Below, piece after piece: positions 38,239-48,291 of a stretch of DNA of 62,158 nucleotides. The stretch is from positions 1-62,158 of the forward strand of contig JAULAX010000021.1 in the NCBI GenBank assembly GCA_032654565.1, written 5' to 3'. The translations under genes and the position numbers were made by a program. The notes beneath the pieces were generated by a model. It was not told where the DNA came from, did no database searches, and saw only the letters and a list, made by a program, of their open reading frames with translations. The stretch comes from Anaeromyxobacteraceae bacterium (GTDB taxonomy: Bacteria; Myxococcota; Myxococcia; Myxococcales; Anaeromyxobacteraceae). Numbering within the stretch: the stretch's first letter is position 1; each line of letters begins with the position of its first letter.

Positions 38239-39306
38239 GTGACCGCAGACACCCAGCCCAAGGGCACCAGCATCCGCGACTTCCTCGGCAAGAAGGCCGC
38301 GGAAGCCGCTCAGGCCGCGAGCCCTCGCTCGCACGGCGAAGGCCGCCTCCTCGCCATCGACGTCATCGACCCGAACCCGTACCAGCACCGACTCCAGATG
38401 GATCCGGCCAAGCTGGACGAGCTCATGGAGTCCATCCGCGTGAACGGGCTCATCGAGCCCGTCCCTGTTCGCCGGCACCCGACCGACCCAAGCCGCTACC
38501 AGCTCATCGCCGGTCACCGGCGGCACCGCTCCTTCCAGCTCCTCCGCGAGGCCGCGACGTCCGATGCTGACCGGCTCCTCTGGAGCCAGATCATCGCCGT
38601 CGAGAAGACGGACGTCACCGACCGCAAGATGCACGTCCTCGGAGTCGTCGAGAACGCCGACCGCGACGACACCTCGCCCGTCGAACAGGGGATGGCCCTC
38701 CTCGCCCTCCAGGACGGCGAGCACATGACGCTCGACGAGCTCGTCCAAGAGACCGGCTGGGCCGCCGACCGGGTGAAGCGCCTCCTGCGCATCACCAAGG
38801 CGTCCCAGGTAATCCGCGACGCCTGCACCAAGGGCATCATGGTCCAGCTCTACGACGACGCCGGCTCGCCGCTCATGACGCCCAAGGGCCGCCTCGCCCA
38901 GGAGCACCGGACGCTCGATCTCATGGGCGCCCTCGAGTTCGACCAGCTCCACCGCCACTACGTCAAGGCTGGTGCCTCCGAGAAGAAGGCGAGCGAGCGC
39001 ATCGAGAAGCACATCACAGCCGCCCTCACGGACGCCTGGGGCTACCGCCGCATCCGCGACTATTGCCGAGACCAGCGCGAGCCCGCGTCCTCCAGCGGCT
39101 CCGCCGCGAGCGCCGCCGACGGCGGCGCAACCAACGCAGGGGAGGGGACTACCGCCTCCCCCGCACCCACCTCCCCTTACCGCGACGACGACAAGCAACT
39201 CGTCGTCTACAAGGCCCGGCTCGCTGCCGCCACGCCCGACCAGAAGGCGGCGCTTCGCACCGCCCTGGAGGCAGTCCTTCGGACCCTCCAAACCTCCGAA
39301 AGCTAG
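38239..39306 (+). CDS. parB: ParB partition protein
   Basis: PNPYQ.R, GLIEP, LIAGHRR and VEN..R.D motifs; directly after parA. Confidence 0.9.
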   Translation: MTADTQPKGTSIRDFLGKKAAEAAQAASPRSHGEGRLLAIDVIDPNPYQHRLQMDPAKLDELMESIRVNGLIEPVPVRRHPTDPSRYQLIAGHRRHRSFQLLREAATSDADRLLWSQIIAVEKTDVTDRKMHVLGVVENADRDDTSPVEQGMALLALQDGEHMTLDELVQETGWAADRVKRLLRITKASQVIRDACTKGIMVQLYDDAGSPLMTPKGRLAQEHRTLDLMGALEFDQLHRHYVKAGASEKKASERIEKHITAALTDAWGYRRIRDYCRDQREPASSSGSAASAADGGATNAGEGTTASPAPTSPYRDDDKQLVVYKARLAAATPDQKAALRTALEAVLRTLQTSES

Positions 39307-39319
39307 TCCTCGACCAGCA

Positions 39320-39420
39320 GGGGCAACGTTGCCCCGCTCACTATCGCGAGCAGCCAACGGGCGGCCTTTAGGCCGCCCGTTGGCGTTCGGGGCAACGTTG
39401 CCCCGTAGCAAGGTTGCTAC
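39320..39420. repeat. parS-like palindromes
   Basis: GGGGCAACGTTGCCCC at 39320-39335 and 39389-39404, variant GTAGCAAGGTTGCTAC at 39405-39420, and a perfect 14-bp hairpin at 39353-39384 between the first two. Confidence 0.7.
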
Positions 39421-39532
39421 CTTGAAAACCGCTGCGCATACGCGCCCTTACTGCGCACTCACTATCGCTATACAAGATCCCACGGAATCACCTCAAAACA
39501 ACCTTGCAGCGGAGCTGCACCCGTACCGTCAA

Positions 39533-39792
39533 GGTTCAAATGCCAAAAATCTGAGTTACTTCACGGTCTACCGACCGCTCTACTAGTGCCAGATGGCGGG
39601 TATTCCATGTTCATTACACCCCCCTCTCTTTGACTCTTCCCCCCTACTGTTACTCGCTCTGCTCGTTTCACTTCGTGAGCCTGAGCTTTGCTGTTCACTT
39701 CGTTCACCAGCTACAAGCCCATTCACATAAACCCGCCATCTGGCACACCAGATTTTTAGCATTTAGACCTCACATTCGTGGAGGTCATTTTT
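39533..39792. other. Large nested inverted repeat in an AT-richer intergenic region; candidate oriT / single-strand origin
   Basis: 39586-39601 pairs perfectly with 39731-39746; 39533-39553 pairs with 39749-39769 (3 mismatches); terminator-like GACCTC..GAGGTC-ATTTTT at the end. Confidence 0.5.
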
Positions 39793-39855
39793 AACAAGAG
39801 AGAGACACAAGCCATAAGCTAGCCGCTTCGTTTCCCGCCTTCAGCTGAAACTTCA

Positions 39856-39885
39856 TTGACTCTGGGGATGTCATGGAATACCATG
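39856..39885 (+). promoter_or_regulatory. Sigma70 promoter of the transfer operon overlapped by operator copy 2
   Basis: TTGACT-17 bp-TACCAT; TGTCATGGAATACCATG matches the reverse complement of the 11250/57512 site at 16 of 17 positions. Confidence 0.75.
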
Positions 39886-39928
39886 CAACTCCCCGACATA
39901 GACCAGCCACCTAGGACCCAACACAAGT

Positions 39929-41833
39929 ATGGCTCCTCAACAGAACAGCCCCGGGCAGACATCAGTCAGCGCGGTTGGCAGTCAGATCCAGATTCTGTTT
40001 TTGGTCTTTGGTCTTTTTTTGGTGGCGCTGATGTTCATCGTCACCAGGGTTCCCGCCGGTAGAATTCCGACCTGGCTGTTTCACAACCCCGACAAAGTTC
40101 GCCAGCTGGCTGCTTTTGTCGGATTACCTGCCGGTCTCTTCGCGCTTCTCGATTTCTCGAAGTCGCGGAAATACACCTACCGGCCACCCTCTCTCCGCGT
40201 TCAGATTTCACGCTCCGCGGCCTACGGCCTTGCTGCTGGCTTCGCCACCCTTGCACTCATTCTTTCGTTCAACCCGGGGCTTGCTTTCAAGCTGGCCCCG
40301 GTCCCCGTTTGGCTTCCGAGCTGGGGCGTGCTGTCCACCCCCTACGCCGTCGTCGCCTACTTCCTCTGCCTTCGTCCTCGCGTCTTCGACGTCGAGGGAC
40401 TCACGCCATACATCGACGTCGTAGACGCCTACCTCGACTCGGACGATTTCGTCCTCGGCGTGGCCAGCCAGGACGCCAAAACGTCCACCACTGGCACCCA
40501 GCACTGGGAGGTCATTCCCGAGAAGGGCATGTTCGGCAACATCTACGTTCTCGGAGGCATTGGCTCCGGGAAAACGAGCTCCATCGCCAAGCCGATGATG
40601 GACCAAGCCATTCATAAATGGCCGGACAACGCAGCTCGCAGACCCGCTCTTTTCGCCCTGGATGCCAAGGGCAACATGGCTGAGTGGATCGTCGAGCGCG
40701 CCCGACACGCCGGCCGGGAGAAGGATGTCGTCATCCTCAAGCCCGGCGGCGAATGGTCCTACAACCCACTCGGCTACGGCTCGCCTGTCGCTGTCGCTCA
40801 GAAGCTCATTGCCGCGCTCATGACCATGAGCGAGCAGGAGCCGAATTCCTACTACCTCAAGATGCAGACGGAGTTCGCGTCCAACGCGATGGAGATTCTC
40901 ACCGAGGCCCTCGCTCCCGTTCGGCCCGGCATGATGGACCTCTACAATTTTATCGTCGACGAGCCGTGGCAGGCCAAGCTCGTCGACCAGGTCGCGCCCG
41001 GAAACTCGCTCGCGTATCGCTGGTTCCAGCTCGCTTGGCGTCGCGAAGATCCCAAGGAACGCATGATGCTCACCAAGGGATTCCGCGCCGACCTCGCTCA
41101 GTTCGTTTCCGCGAGTATCGCGCCGACCTTCGCCAACGCGACGCCGAATTTTCCCGGTTGGGAAAGCCTGCTCGACGACGGAAAGATCGTCGTCTTCTCC
41201 ATGAACATCGACGAGTACGGCAACTTCGCACGCGCACTCGGCATCTTCGTCCTCATGGATTTCCAGAGCGTCATGCTCGCGCGAACCACTCCGCGCTTCC
41301 GCCAGCAGAACCACAATACCGAACGGCTCGTTCTCGCCTGCCTGGACGAGGTCTGGGCCTACATGAACCCTGAGCTACCGAATTTCACTTCGGTCTCACG
41401 CGAGGCGAAGTGCTGCACGCTCGCCCTGCACCAGTCCCTCGGCCAAATTCTCAACGAGAACATGCGCCAGACGGTTCTCGCCAACTTCCGCACCCCCATC
41501 ATCCTTTCGATCAACGACCTGCTCTCACTTTCCACGTTCGAGCAGCTCTTCGGAACCCACAAGGTCTTCCGAAAGTCTGTCTCCGAAAGTGCTGGCTTCC
41601 AGGGCGTCGAGAAGAAGCTTCTCTCCGACCACATGGACGCCAAGATGGGCGGCGAATCGCGCACGCTTTCGCACTCGCTCTCCGAGGCCGACGAAGCCAG
41701 GTTCACCGCGGACGAGATTCTTCACCTGCCGCAGAACCATGCCGTCCTCCAGATGTTTGATGGCACGTCCACCCGCGACGCTCGGGTCATCCAGACCCTC
41801 CCGTTCTACCGCCCGGAGTACCAGATCCCTTGA
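39929..41833 (+). CDS. virD4: Type IV coupling protein (VirD4/TraD-like)
   Basis: N-terminal TM helices, Walker A GGIGSGKT, DAKG, YNPL, Walker B LDE, HQSLGQ. Confidence 0.88.
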   Translation: MAPQQNSPGQTSVSAVGSQIQILFLVFGLFLVALMFIVTRVPAGRIPTWLFHNPDKVRQLAAFVGLPAGLFALLDFSKSRKYTYRPPSLRVQISRSAAYGLAAGFATLALILSFNPGLAFKLAPVPVWLPSWGVLSTPYAVVAYFLCLRPRVFDVEGLTPYIDVVDAYLDSDDFVLGVASQDAKTSTTGTQHWEVIPEKGMFGNIYVLGGIGSGKTSSIAKPMMDQAIHKWPDNAARRPALFALDAKGNMAEWIVERARHAGREKDVVILKPGGEWSYNPLGYGSPVAVAQKLIAALMTMSEQEPNSYYLKMQTEFASNAMEILTEALAPVRPGMMDLYNFIVDEPWQAKLVDQVAPGNSLAYRWFQLAWRREDPKERMMLTKGFRADLAQFVSASIAPTFANATPNFPGWESLLDDGKIVVFSMNIDEYGNFARALGIFVLMDFQSVMLARTTPRFRQQNHNTERLVLACLDEVWAYMNPELPNFTSVSREAKCCTLALHQSLGQILNENMRQTVLANFRTPIILSINDLLSLSTFEQLFGTHKVFRKSVSESAGFQGVEKKLLSDHMDAKMGGESRTLSHSLSEADEARFTADEILHLPQNHAVLQMFDGTSTRDARVIQTLPFYRPEYQIP

Positions 41834-42699
41834 GCGACGAGCTTCGCCGCGGCATCGCCGTCGTCGACTCTGTCGCGGACATCCACGTCCGCGCTCCAGA
41901 GAGCGCCACGGACCGCAGCGCGGTCGCCATCGCAGAGGAGCTCACCGCCCGCGCGTCTGTCGCCGCAGCGGTGGCCACCACCGGCGATGAAGCCGACGCC
42001 GTCCCGCTGGTCCTCCAGCTCATCGGTAGGGCAGGGTGCCTCACCGCCGACCACCTCGCCGAGCAGATGCTCCGCGACGACACCGAGTCCATCGAGCAGG
42101 CTCGCCCTCGGGTCGAAGCCGCGCTTCACCGCCAGCTCCTCGCTGGATACATCGAGAAGCGCACGCTGGCCTACCAGGTCACCGACGCCACGGGCGCCGT
42201 CGGTGTCGTGAGCGCCGCGGGGCATACCGTCGTCGCCAACGTCTACTCCATCACCGCCAAAGGCGCCGGCCACTACGCGCTTCCGCCCTCCTCGCAGATC
42301 CGCTCCAGCACGCTCACGCACCACTTCCAGACACTCGAAGCCGCGTGGCGCCTCGAACGCGAGTACCGCATTCGAGGCTACGCCATCGTCGACTTCAAGC
42401 GGGAAGACCAGCTCATCGCAGCCGACTTTCGCGGCAAGACCTTCACGCGAGGCGTGGAACTCTCACGCACCAAGTATCCGGACGCTTGCCTCTACGTTCG
42501 CGCTCCGGATGCTCCCGCCGGGTCGCCACCTGAAGCCATCAACATCGAGTACGTCAGCCGCGGCTACACCGACAAGATGATCCGCGAGAAGGCCACCGCC
42601 TTCGGCGGCGCCAAGGTCGTGTGGGTTGCACCCACCAACTCGCCGTCCACCATCCGCCGCCTGGAGGCCATCACTGGCCAGGAGGCCATGAAGGTATGA
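41830..42699 (+). CDS. Replic_Relax-like (wHTH + PD-(D/E)xK) protein, candidate MOBC-type relaxase
   Basis: wHTH ending Y.IT.KG, then H, E, YPDA...IEY....Y......K motifs; coupled to virD4. Confidence 0.6.
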   Translation: MSDELRRGIAVVDSVADIHVRAPESATDRSAVAIAEELTARASVAAAVATTGDEADAVPLVLQLIGRAGCLTADHLAEQMLRDDTESIEQARPRVEAALHRQLLAGYIEKRTLAYQVTDATGAVGVVSAAGHTVVANVYSITAKGAGHYALPPSSQIRSSTLTHHFQTLEAAWRLEREYRIRGYAIVDFKREDQLIAADFRGKTFTRGVELSRTKYPDACLYVRAPDAPAGSPPEAINIEYVSRGYTDKMIREKATAFGGAKVVWVAPTNSPSTIRRLEAITGQEAMKV

Positions 42700-43658
42700 C
42701 CGCTCGGCCCCGGCCCCACATCGCCAAGCGCGAGAAGCTCATCAATGATGAGCACTACGCCGTGCTCCACAGGCTGGCGCTGCTCCGCGTCGCGACGCTT
42801 GAGCAGCTCCGTCGGCTCTGCGACCCGTTCGTTCGCAACCGCCTGGGGAAGCCCACCTCGCGCCAGGGCGTTCACCAGCGGCTCGAGGTCCTCGTTAACC
42901 ACGGACTCCTGCGCGCTGGCCTGAGTCGCCCGGAGAAGGGCGCCTACTCCTCGCACTATTACCAGCTCACCTGGGCCGGCGCGAAGCAGCTCGGCCGCGG
43001 AGCGGACAACACGCTCTTCCGCCGGCCCGTCTACGACGTCCTCCAGTACCTTCTGTTTCGCAACGAAGCCTACGCCACGCTCAAGGCCGATGGTTGGTAC
43101 GTCGCCGGGCCGGATTACACGCCTGAGAGCGACCACTCCAACTACCTTGGCCTGTACGTCCAGTTCGCAAAGCGCTCCTTCACGCGTCGTCTCGACGAGC
43201 TGGAGGCCCGTGGTCGCATCGACGTCCCCACCTTGATGATGGCTCGCCAGGATGCGGCTCGCGTCGAGCAGTTCGCGCCCAAGGCGCTCTCGTTCGACTT
43301 CTTCTTCAAGGTGGACAAGGACCGAAACCCCTCGGAGCTCCACTTCCTCGCCATCGACGACCCGCGCCGATCGGTCAAGTCACTGGTGAAGCAGCTCCCC
43401 GCCGACTGGCCTCCGGACAGCCGCCTTCTCCTCCGCGACCACGTCAGCGCCTTCGACACCACGCGCCAGCTTCTCCTTCGTACGAACCGCCGCCTTGGCT
43501 TCTGGGAGCGCTTGTTACGCGCTCGCTACGCGCCCTCCACCAACATCCACCTCGGCCAGCAGCTCTACGACGACAGCATCACCAACCTCACCAACACCGA
43601 ACGTCCCTCGCTGTACCCCACGCTCTGGGCGGTCCGTCTTGGACTCCCACGGCCTTGA
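42696..43658 (+). CDS. Second Replic_Relax-like wHTH protein
   Basis: L..LRVAT.EQL..L...RL..L...GLL...Y.LT..G N-terminal motif; the nuclease motif appears degenerate. Confidence 0.5.
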   Translation: MTARPRPHIAKREKLINDEHYAVLHRLALLRVATLEQLRRLCDPFVRNRLGKPTSRQGVHQRLEVLVNHGLLRAGLSRPEKGAYSSHYYQLTWAGAKQLGRGADNTLFRRPVYDVLQYLLFRNEAYATLKADGWYVAGPDYTPESDHSNYLGLYVQFAKRSFTRRLDELEARGRIDVPTLMMARQDAARVEQFAPKALSFDFFFKVDKDRNPSELHFLAIDDPRRSVKSLVKQLPADWPPDSRLLLRDHVSAFDTTRQLLLRTNRRLGFWERLLRARYAPSTNIHLGQQLYDDSITNLTNTERPSLYPTLWAVRLGLPRP

Positions 43659-43686
43659 CCCTGCACCACCATAGGAGCCACACGCC

Positions 43687-43968
43687 ATGAAGCTCTCTCC
43701 TCGTCTCGCAACCGTCCTCTGCCTGATCGTCTTCCCCACGGTCGTCTTCGCCCAGGAGAAGGTCACCAGCGGTCTCAAGAGCGCCGCCACCTGGGGCGCC
43801 GGACTGGTCGCGGCCGTGTCCTGCCTCGCCCTCATGTACGCCGGCGTCAAGAAGATGTTCGGCGACCCGCAGGCCAACGAGCACATCAGCGGCGTCGTCG
43901 TCGGAGCCATCATCGGCCTCGGCGCCAGCGGCATCGTCGGCCTGCTGTCCGGCTGGTTCATGAGCTAG
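43687..43968 (+). CDS. virB2: VirB2/TrbC-like pilin
   Basis: Signal peptide plus two hydrophobic helices; first gene of the B2-B3-B4 order. Confidence 0.75.
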   Translation: MKLSPRLATVLCLIVFPTVVFAQEKVTSGLKSAATWGAGLVAAVSCLALMYAGVKKMFGDPQANEHISGVVVGAIIGLGASGIVGLLSGWFMS

Positions 43969-43974
43969 CGAGCC

Positions 43975-44346
43975 ATGTCGCCACCGCTCCAGGACCCCGA
44001 GTCGCTCACCCGGTCTCCGGTCTTCCGTCGCCTCGACGGAGCCCGCGGTGGCGCCTACCAGCTCAACCGCTTCGACGAAATCGACATGTTGATGGTCGCG
44101 GTTCCCTACACGATCCATCTCAACCTCTCGCTCATCATGGGATGGAACACGCTCCGGGCCTACGCCACGCTGGCCGCATTCCTGGCCGGAGTCTGGATTC
44201 TCAAGAGCCGCTTCCCCGATGGGCTCTTCCCAATCGTCCGCTCCCTCGGGCTCGGTCGCCCGTTGTCTCTCCTCAGCCCGGACCGCGGCCTTGGTGCCAA
44301 GCCGTACCCGCCCGCCACCCAGCTCAAGCAAGGCCTGAGGATCTGA
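43975..44346 (+). CDS. VirB3-like membrane protein
   Basis: PVFR.L N-terminus, two hydrophobic segments, position before virB4. Confidence 0.6.
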   Translation: MSPPLQDPESLTRSPVFRRLDGARGGAYQLNRFDEIDMLMVAVPYTIHLNLSLIMGWNTLRAYATLAAFLAGVWILKSRFPDGLFPIVRSLGLGRPLSLLSPDRGLGAKPYPPATQLKQGLRI

Positions 44347-44369
44347 TGCGGCGGCGCGGGGGAGGGCAG

Positions 44370-44612
44370 ATGGAGCTCAACGTCGTCGCAGACGCGCCAC
44401 GCGTCCCTGCTCCCCTCGCGCCAGCCTCACCGGTGGCCGCCACTCCGCGCCGAAAGCCGCTCGGGCCACAGCTGCTCATCCTTCGCTGCGACGCCTGCAA
44501 CAAGCCACTCACCTACTCCGGGACCGGCCGCTACCCCGTCACCTGCCCAGAACCCTCCTGCCAGCGCGCTCACCGCCGGCTCAAGGCCCACGATCGTCGG
44601 AGCCGCTCATGA
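44370..44612 (+). CDS. Small zinc-finger protein
   Basis: CDAC...GR.P..C....C motif; GGAGG RBS; ATGA coupling to virB4. Confidence 0.55.
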   Translation: MELNVVADAPRVPAPLAPASPVAATPRRKPLGPQLLILRCDACNKPLTYSGTGRYPVTCPEPSCQRAHRRLKAHDRRSRS

Positions 44613-47212
44613 CCCGTCGCCTGACACATCTCGGCACTCCCCTCGCTCACTACTTGCCCTACTGGCACCTCGACGACGGCCTCCTGGTCAACGTCGATGG
44701 CTCCATGGCCATCGCCTGGCAGATCACCGGAGTCGACGTCACCTGCGTCGACAACGCTGACGTGAACCAGAAGACCGCGGCTCTTCGCCGAACGGTCAAC
44801 GCCATTCCCGTCGGCTGCACGCTCCAGTTCTTCCGGCGCTCGCGACCGCTCGACGACAGCTTCTTCACCAGCTACCGCTCGCTCCTTCGATCGCCGCAGC
44901 CGATCTTCCAGGAGCAGCGCGCCATGAGCGCAGAAGCACTCAAGGGCTTCGGCCTTCGAACCTTCGAGACCTACGCCGTCCTCATCAAGCCGAACGCCTT
45001 GGGCCGCTTCGGTCAGACGGGGCAGGGGATGCTCCCCAAGCTTCTCAACTCCATGTTCGGTCGCGTCAACCCGCTCACCACCACGGTCGAACAACACGAG
45101 GCGGCGCGGCGCGAGCTCAACGACAACACCAAGCGCATCGAGAACGCCCTGGCTCCCACGGGCGCGAAGCTCTCGCGCCTCGATGGACAGGGCCTCCTCA
45201 GTCTCATCTTCCGCTTCCTCAACCCGAGCGCCGCCAGCGACCAAGTGCCGCCGCTTGCCAGCGTGCTCCCCCGGGAGATTCCTACTGACTCGCCACCTGT
45301 CTACACGGACCTGTCGCTGCGCGAACAGGTCCTCCGGTCGAACGTGAAGTTCGACCTCGACATGCTTCACCTCGACGACCCCCTCCGCCCCCACCGCATC
45401 CTTGCGATGAAAGAGCTACCTCGCGATGCGACGCCGGGCGCCCTCATCCGCGGCGCCCAGAAGCTCGCACACGATCACTGGCTCGTCATCGGGCTCAAGG
45501 CCCTCGACACACCCAAGCTCGAAGGAAGCATCGAGCGCCGGCGCAACGCCGCCAGCGCAACAGCTCAGGGCAAGTTCGTCCGCAACGCGAAGGCCGACGC
45601 GGAGCGGCTCGAGCTCGAGGGCGCCATGGATGAGATGGCCAGGCGCGACCAGCGCCTCGTTGAGGTGAACCTCCATCTCCTCATCAATGGCGACGACATG
45701 ATCCAGCTCGACGAGCGCACGCGCTCTGCCATCGAGCTCTTCCAGAGCGAGATGAAGATCACGCTCTCCACCGCCATCTACAACCAGGACCGCGCCTGGT
45801 TCGGCATGCAGCCGGGGGCAGGGCACCTCGCGCCGCACGCTCGAACCGTCTTCACCGACAACGCCGCCGACTTCATCCCCATCTACAGCTCCGCCACGGG
45901 CTCGCCTCGTCCTCTCTTCGTGCTCCCGCATCGCAGCGGCGAGCCCTACCTGCTCGACATCGCGAACCCGAAGAAGAGCAACTGGAACCTCAACATCTTC
46001 GGCAGCTCAGGCAAGGGGAAGAGCTACTTCACCAACGGCCTCCTCGCCACCTCGATGCTAGGGCAGGGGAGTCCCGTCATCATCATCGACGTCGGCGGCC
46101 GCGACGAGCTCGGTAACATCATCGGTTCGTACTACCGGCAATGTCAGCTCGCCGGTGGCGAGTACTTCGAGTTCAGCCTCGACGGCAAGAACGCCGTCAA
46201 CGTCTTCATGCCCCTCGCCGAGCTCTACGCCACCAACGACGGCACTCCACAGCCGACCCCAAACGGCACCAAGCTCAACTTCCTGTCGGGCATCATCGAG
46301 ATGCTCGTGCGCGACGAGGGCATGCCGCCCCTCACCACCGTCCAGGTGGGCCTCATCAATCGCGGCATCCTCGCCGCCTACCAGCGCTGGGGCGCCAGCC
46401 GCACGCCCATCCTCGAGGACCTGATCCCCGAGTTCCGCGCCATGCAGGGCGACAAGGAAGACTCGGTCTACGCGGCGGCCTTCGCCAAGACCTTGCAAGC
46501 CTGGGTCGCAGGGCCCTACGGCCCCTTGCTCAACACATCCTCCAAGGTGAAGCCGCGTACCAACTTCACGGTCTTCGACATGAAGGGGCTCGAAGGCCTC
46601 GGCCGGCTCGCGCCGGTCATCATGATGATCCTCACCAGCTACGTCTGGGGAATGATCGCCCGGCCACGCAACGGCCTGGCCTGGGTCATCTACGACGAGT
46701 GCTGGGCCTTGCTCCGCGATCCCACCGCCGCACGGCTCCAGGAGGAGCTCTACCGCACGGCACGCAAGCTCAACACGGGCTGCGTTTCCGTCACACAGCG
46801 GCTCGAGGACTTCCTCAACTCCCCCACCGCACAGGCGGTTCTCGCCAACGCCGAGAACACTTTCCTGCTCGCGCACGACGCCAAGGTCCGCCCCAAGGTC
46901 ATCGAGATCTGCGGCCTCAACCAGCGCGAGGCCCAGCTCTTCAACCAGCTCGAAATGAGGAAGGGCTACTTCTCCGAAGTCTTCTTCAAGCCAGGGGAGG
47001 GGAGCGTCGACCAGCCGGCTCTGCTTCGCTACTACGCGACTCCCCTCGACTACTGGCTCAACACCACCGACCCCCGTGACCGCGAGCTCGAACGCGAGGT
47101 CCTCGCGGCCGTTGGTGGCGACCGGGCCGCAGCTTTGCGCCGGCTCGCCACCACCTTCCCGAATGGCGCTGCCGCCGGCAACTTCGTCCCCACGTCCATG
47201 GAGGCCGCATGA
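44609..47212 (+). CDS. virB4: VirB4-family T4SS ATPase
   Basis: Walker A GSSGKGKS, IID.G, Walker B IYDECW, RTARK, TQ. Confidence 0.93.
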   Translation: MTRRLTHLGTPLAHYLPYWHLDDGLLVNVDGSMAIAWQITGVDVTCVDNADVNQKTAALRRTVNAIPVGCTLQFFRRSRPLDDSFFTSYRSLLRSPQPIFQEQRAMSAEALKGFGLRTFETYAVLIKPNALGRFGQTGQGMLPKLLNSMFGRVNPLTTTVEQHEAARRELNDNTKRIENALAPTGAKLSRLDGQGLLSLIFRFLNPSAASDQVPPLASVLPREIPTDSPPVYTDLSLREQVLRSNVKFDLDMLHLDDPLRPHRILAMKELPRDATPGALIRGAQKLAHDHWLVIGLKALDTPKLEGSIERRRNAASATAQGKFVRNAKADAERLELEGAMDEMARRDQRLVEVNLHLLINGDDMIQLDERTRSAIELFQSEMKITLSTAIYNQDRAWFGMQPGAGHLAPHARTVFTDNAADFIPIYSSATGSPRPLFVLPHRSGEPYLLDIANPKKSNWNLNIFGSSGKGKSYFTNGLLATSMLGQGSPVIIIDVGGRDELGNIIGSYYRQCQLAGGEYFEFSLDGKNAVNVFMPLAELYATNDGTPQPTPNGTKLNFLSGIIEMLVRDEGMPPLTTVQVGLINRGILAAYQRWGASRTPILEDLIPEFRAMQGDKEDSVYAAAFAKTLQAWVAGPYGPLLNTSSKVKPRTNFTVFDMKGLEGLGRLAPVIMMILTSYVWGMIARPRNGLAWVIYDECWALLRDPTAARLQEELYRTARKLNTGCVSVTQRLEDFLNSPTAQAVLANAENTFLLAHDAKVRPKVIEICGLNQREAQLFNQLEMRKGYFSEVFFKPGEGSVDQPALLRYYATPLDYWLNTTDPRDRELEREVLAAVGGDRAAALRRLATTFPNGAAAGNFVPTSMEAA

Positions 47213-48291
47213 TGAAGCGCACGCTCGCCATCCTTCTCGCCTTCACCCTCGTCGCCCCCACCAACGCCTACGCCATCTTCGGCGTCGGTGACACCGGCGA
47301 CGGCATCCTCGCCGCCATTCTCCAGCAGAACATCACCCAGACTCTCCAAGGCACAAGCCAGTACGCCGAAATTCTCAGCATGCTCACCGTGGCGCGGCAG
47401 GAGTACGAGACGATCCGGAACGTCTACGCGTTGGGCGACGACATCGTCAACATGAACCCCGCCGAGGTGCTCCGCCGCAGCGAAAGACAGTTCATGGCCA
47501 GCAACCCTGTCGTCTTTCAGGCCCGCGCCCTGGCGCAGGACCTGGCCACGCACGGCATCAGCGGCGGTGACGCCTACGGCGGCGCCAGCTACCTGCGCCG
47601 CGAATACGACGTGTTCCAGCAAGACCGCCGCGCCCAGGAGTGCGGCTGCGACGAGAAGGGCCAGCCCTACGAAGGCGCTTCAGGCCAGTGCTACTACGTC
47701 TGCTCCGCGGCGCACGCCCGCGGCTATCCCTTCGGTCTGAGCGCCGCAGCCCTGGCCGAGCGCGGCTACGACCGCCTCGCCGCCGCCCGGCTCAGCGCCG
47801 CCAGCGACACCGCCGTCTACGATCCCCGCACTCGCGACGATCTCTTCAACCAGCAGCCGGCAAACGCCTCAGCAGGCGTCGCGCTCAGCGCTGTAGCCTC
47901 CCAGGATCCCGGCGCAGCGCAAGCGCTCCTCGTCCAGCGTGCCGCTGCAGCTGACGCCCAGAGCGACGCTCAGAAGCTCGCTACGGCTGCCCGGCGAGGC
48001 GAACGCAGCCTCGCCGAGAACACGGCGCTTGGCACCCAGGCCACCACACTCGGCGCCATTCAACTCGCGGCCATCCGCGAGATGCAGGCGAAGCAGGTCG
48101 CCTATTCGGAATACGCGATCGCCACCAAGACCAAGGACGAGAGAATGCTCGAAGCCCAGTACCGCCTCTACATCCAAGCCTCGGCCGACGCGAACTACCG
48201 CCGCATCACCGGACGACCCCCGCCTGCCTCCTTCACCATGCCTTCGCTCGGGGACACCGCCTTCAAGGCAACCGAAGGTGGCTTCCGATGA
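47209..48291 (+). CDS. Exported helical protein, VirB5/TrbJ-like
   Basis: Signal peptide ending AYA, Q/A-rich helices, position between B4 and B6. Confidence 0.5.
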   Translation: MMKRTLAILLAFTLVAPTNAYAIFGVGDTGDGILAAILQQNITQTLQGTSQYAEILSMLTVARQEYETIRNVYALGDDIVNMNPAEVLRRSERQFMASNPVVFQARALAQDLATHGISGGDAYGGASYLRREYDVFQQDRRAQECGCDEKGQPYEGASGQCYYVCSAAHARGYPFGLSAAALAERGYDRLAAARLSAASDTAVYDPRTRDDLFNQQPANASAGVALSAVASQDPGAAQALLVQRAAAADAQSDAQKLATAARRGERSLAENTALGTQATTLGAIQLAAIREMQAKQVAYSEYAIATKTKDERMLEAQYRLYIQASADANYRRITGRPPPASFTMPSLGDTAFKATEGGFR

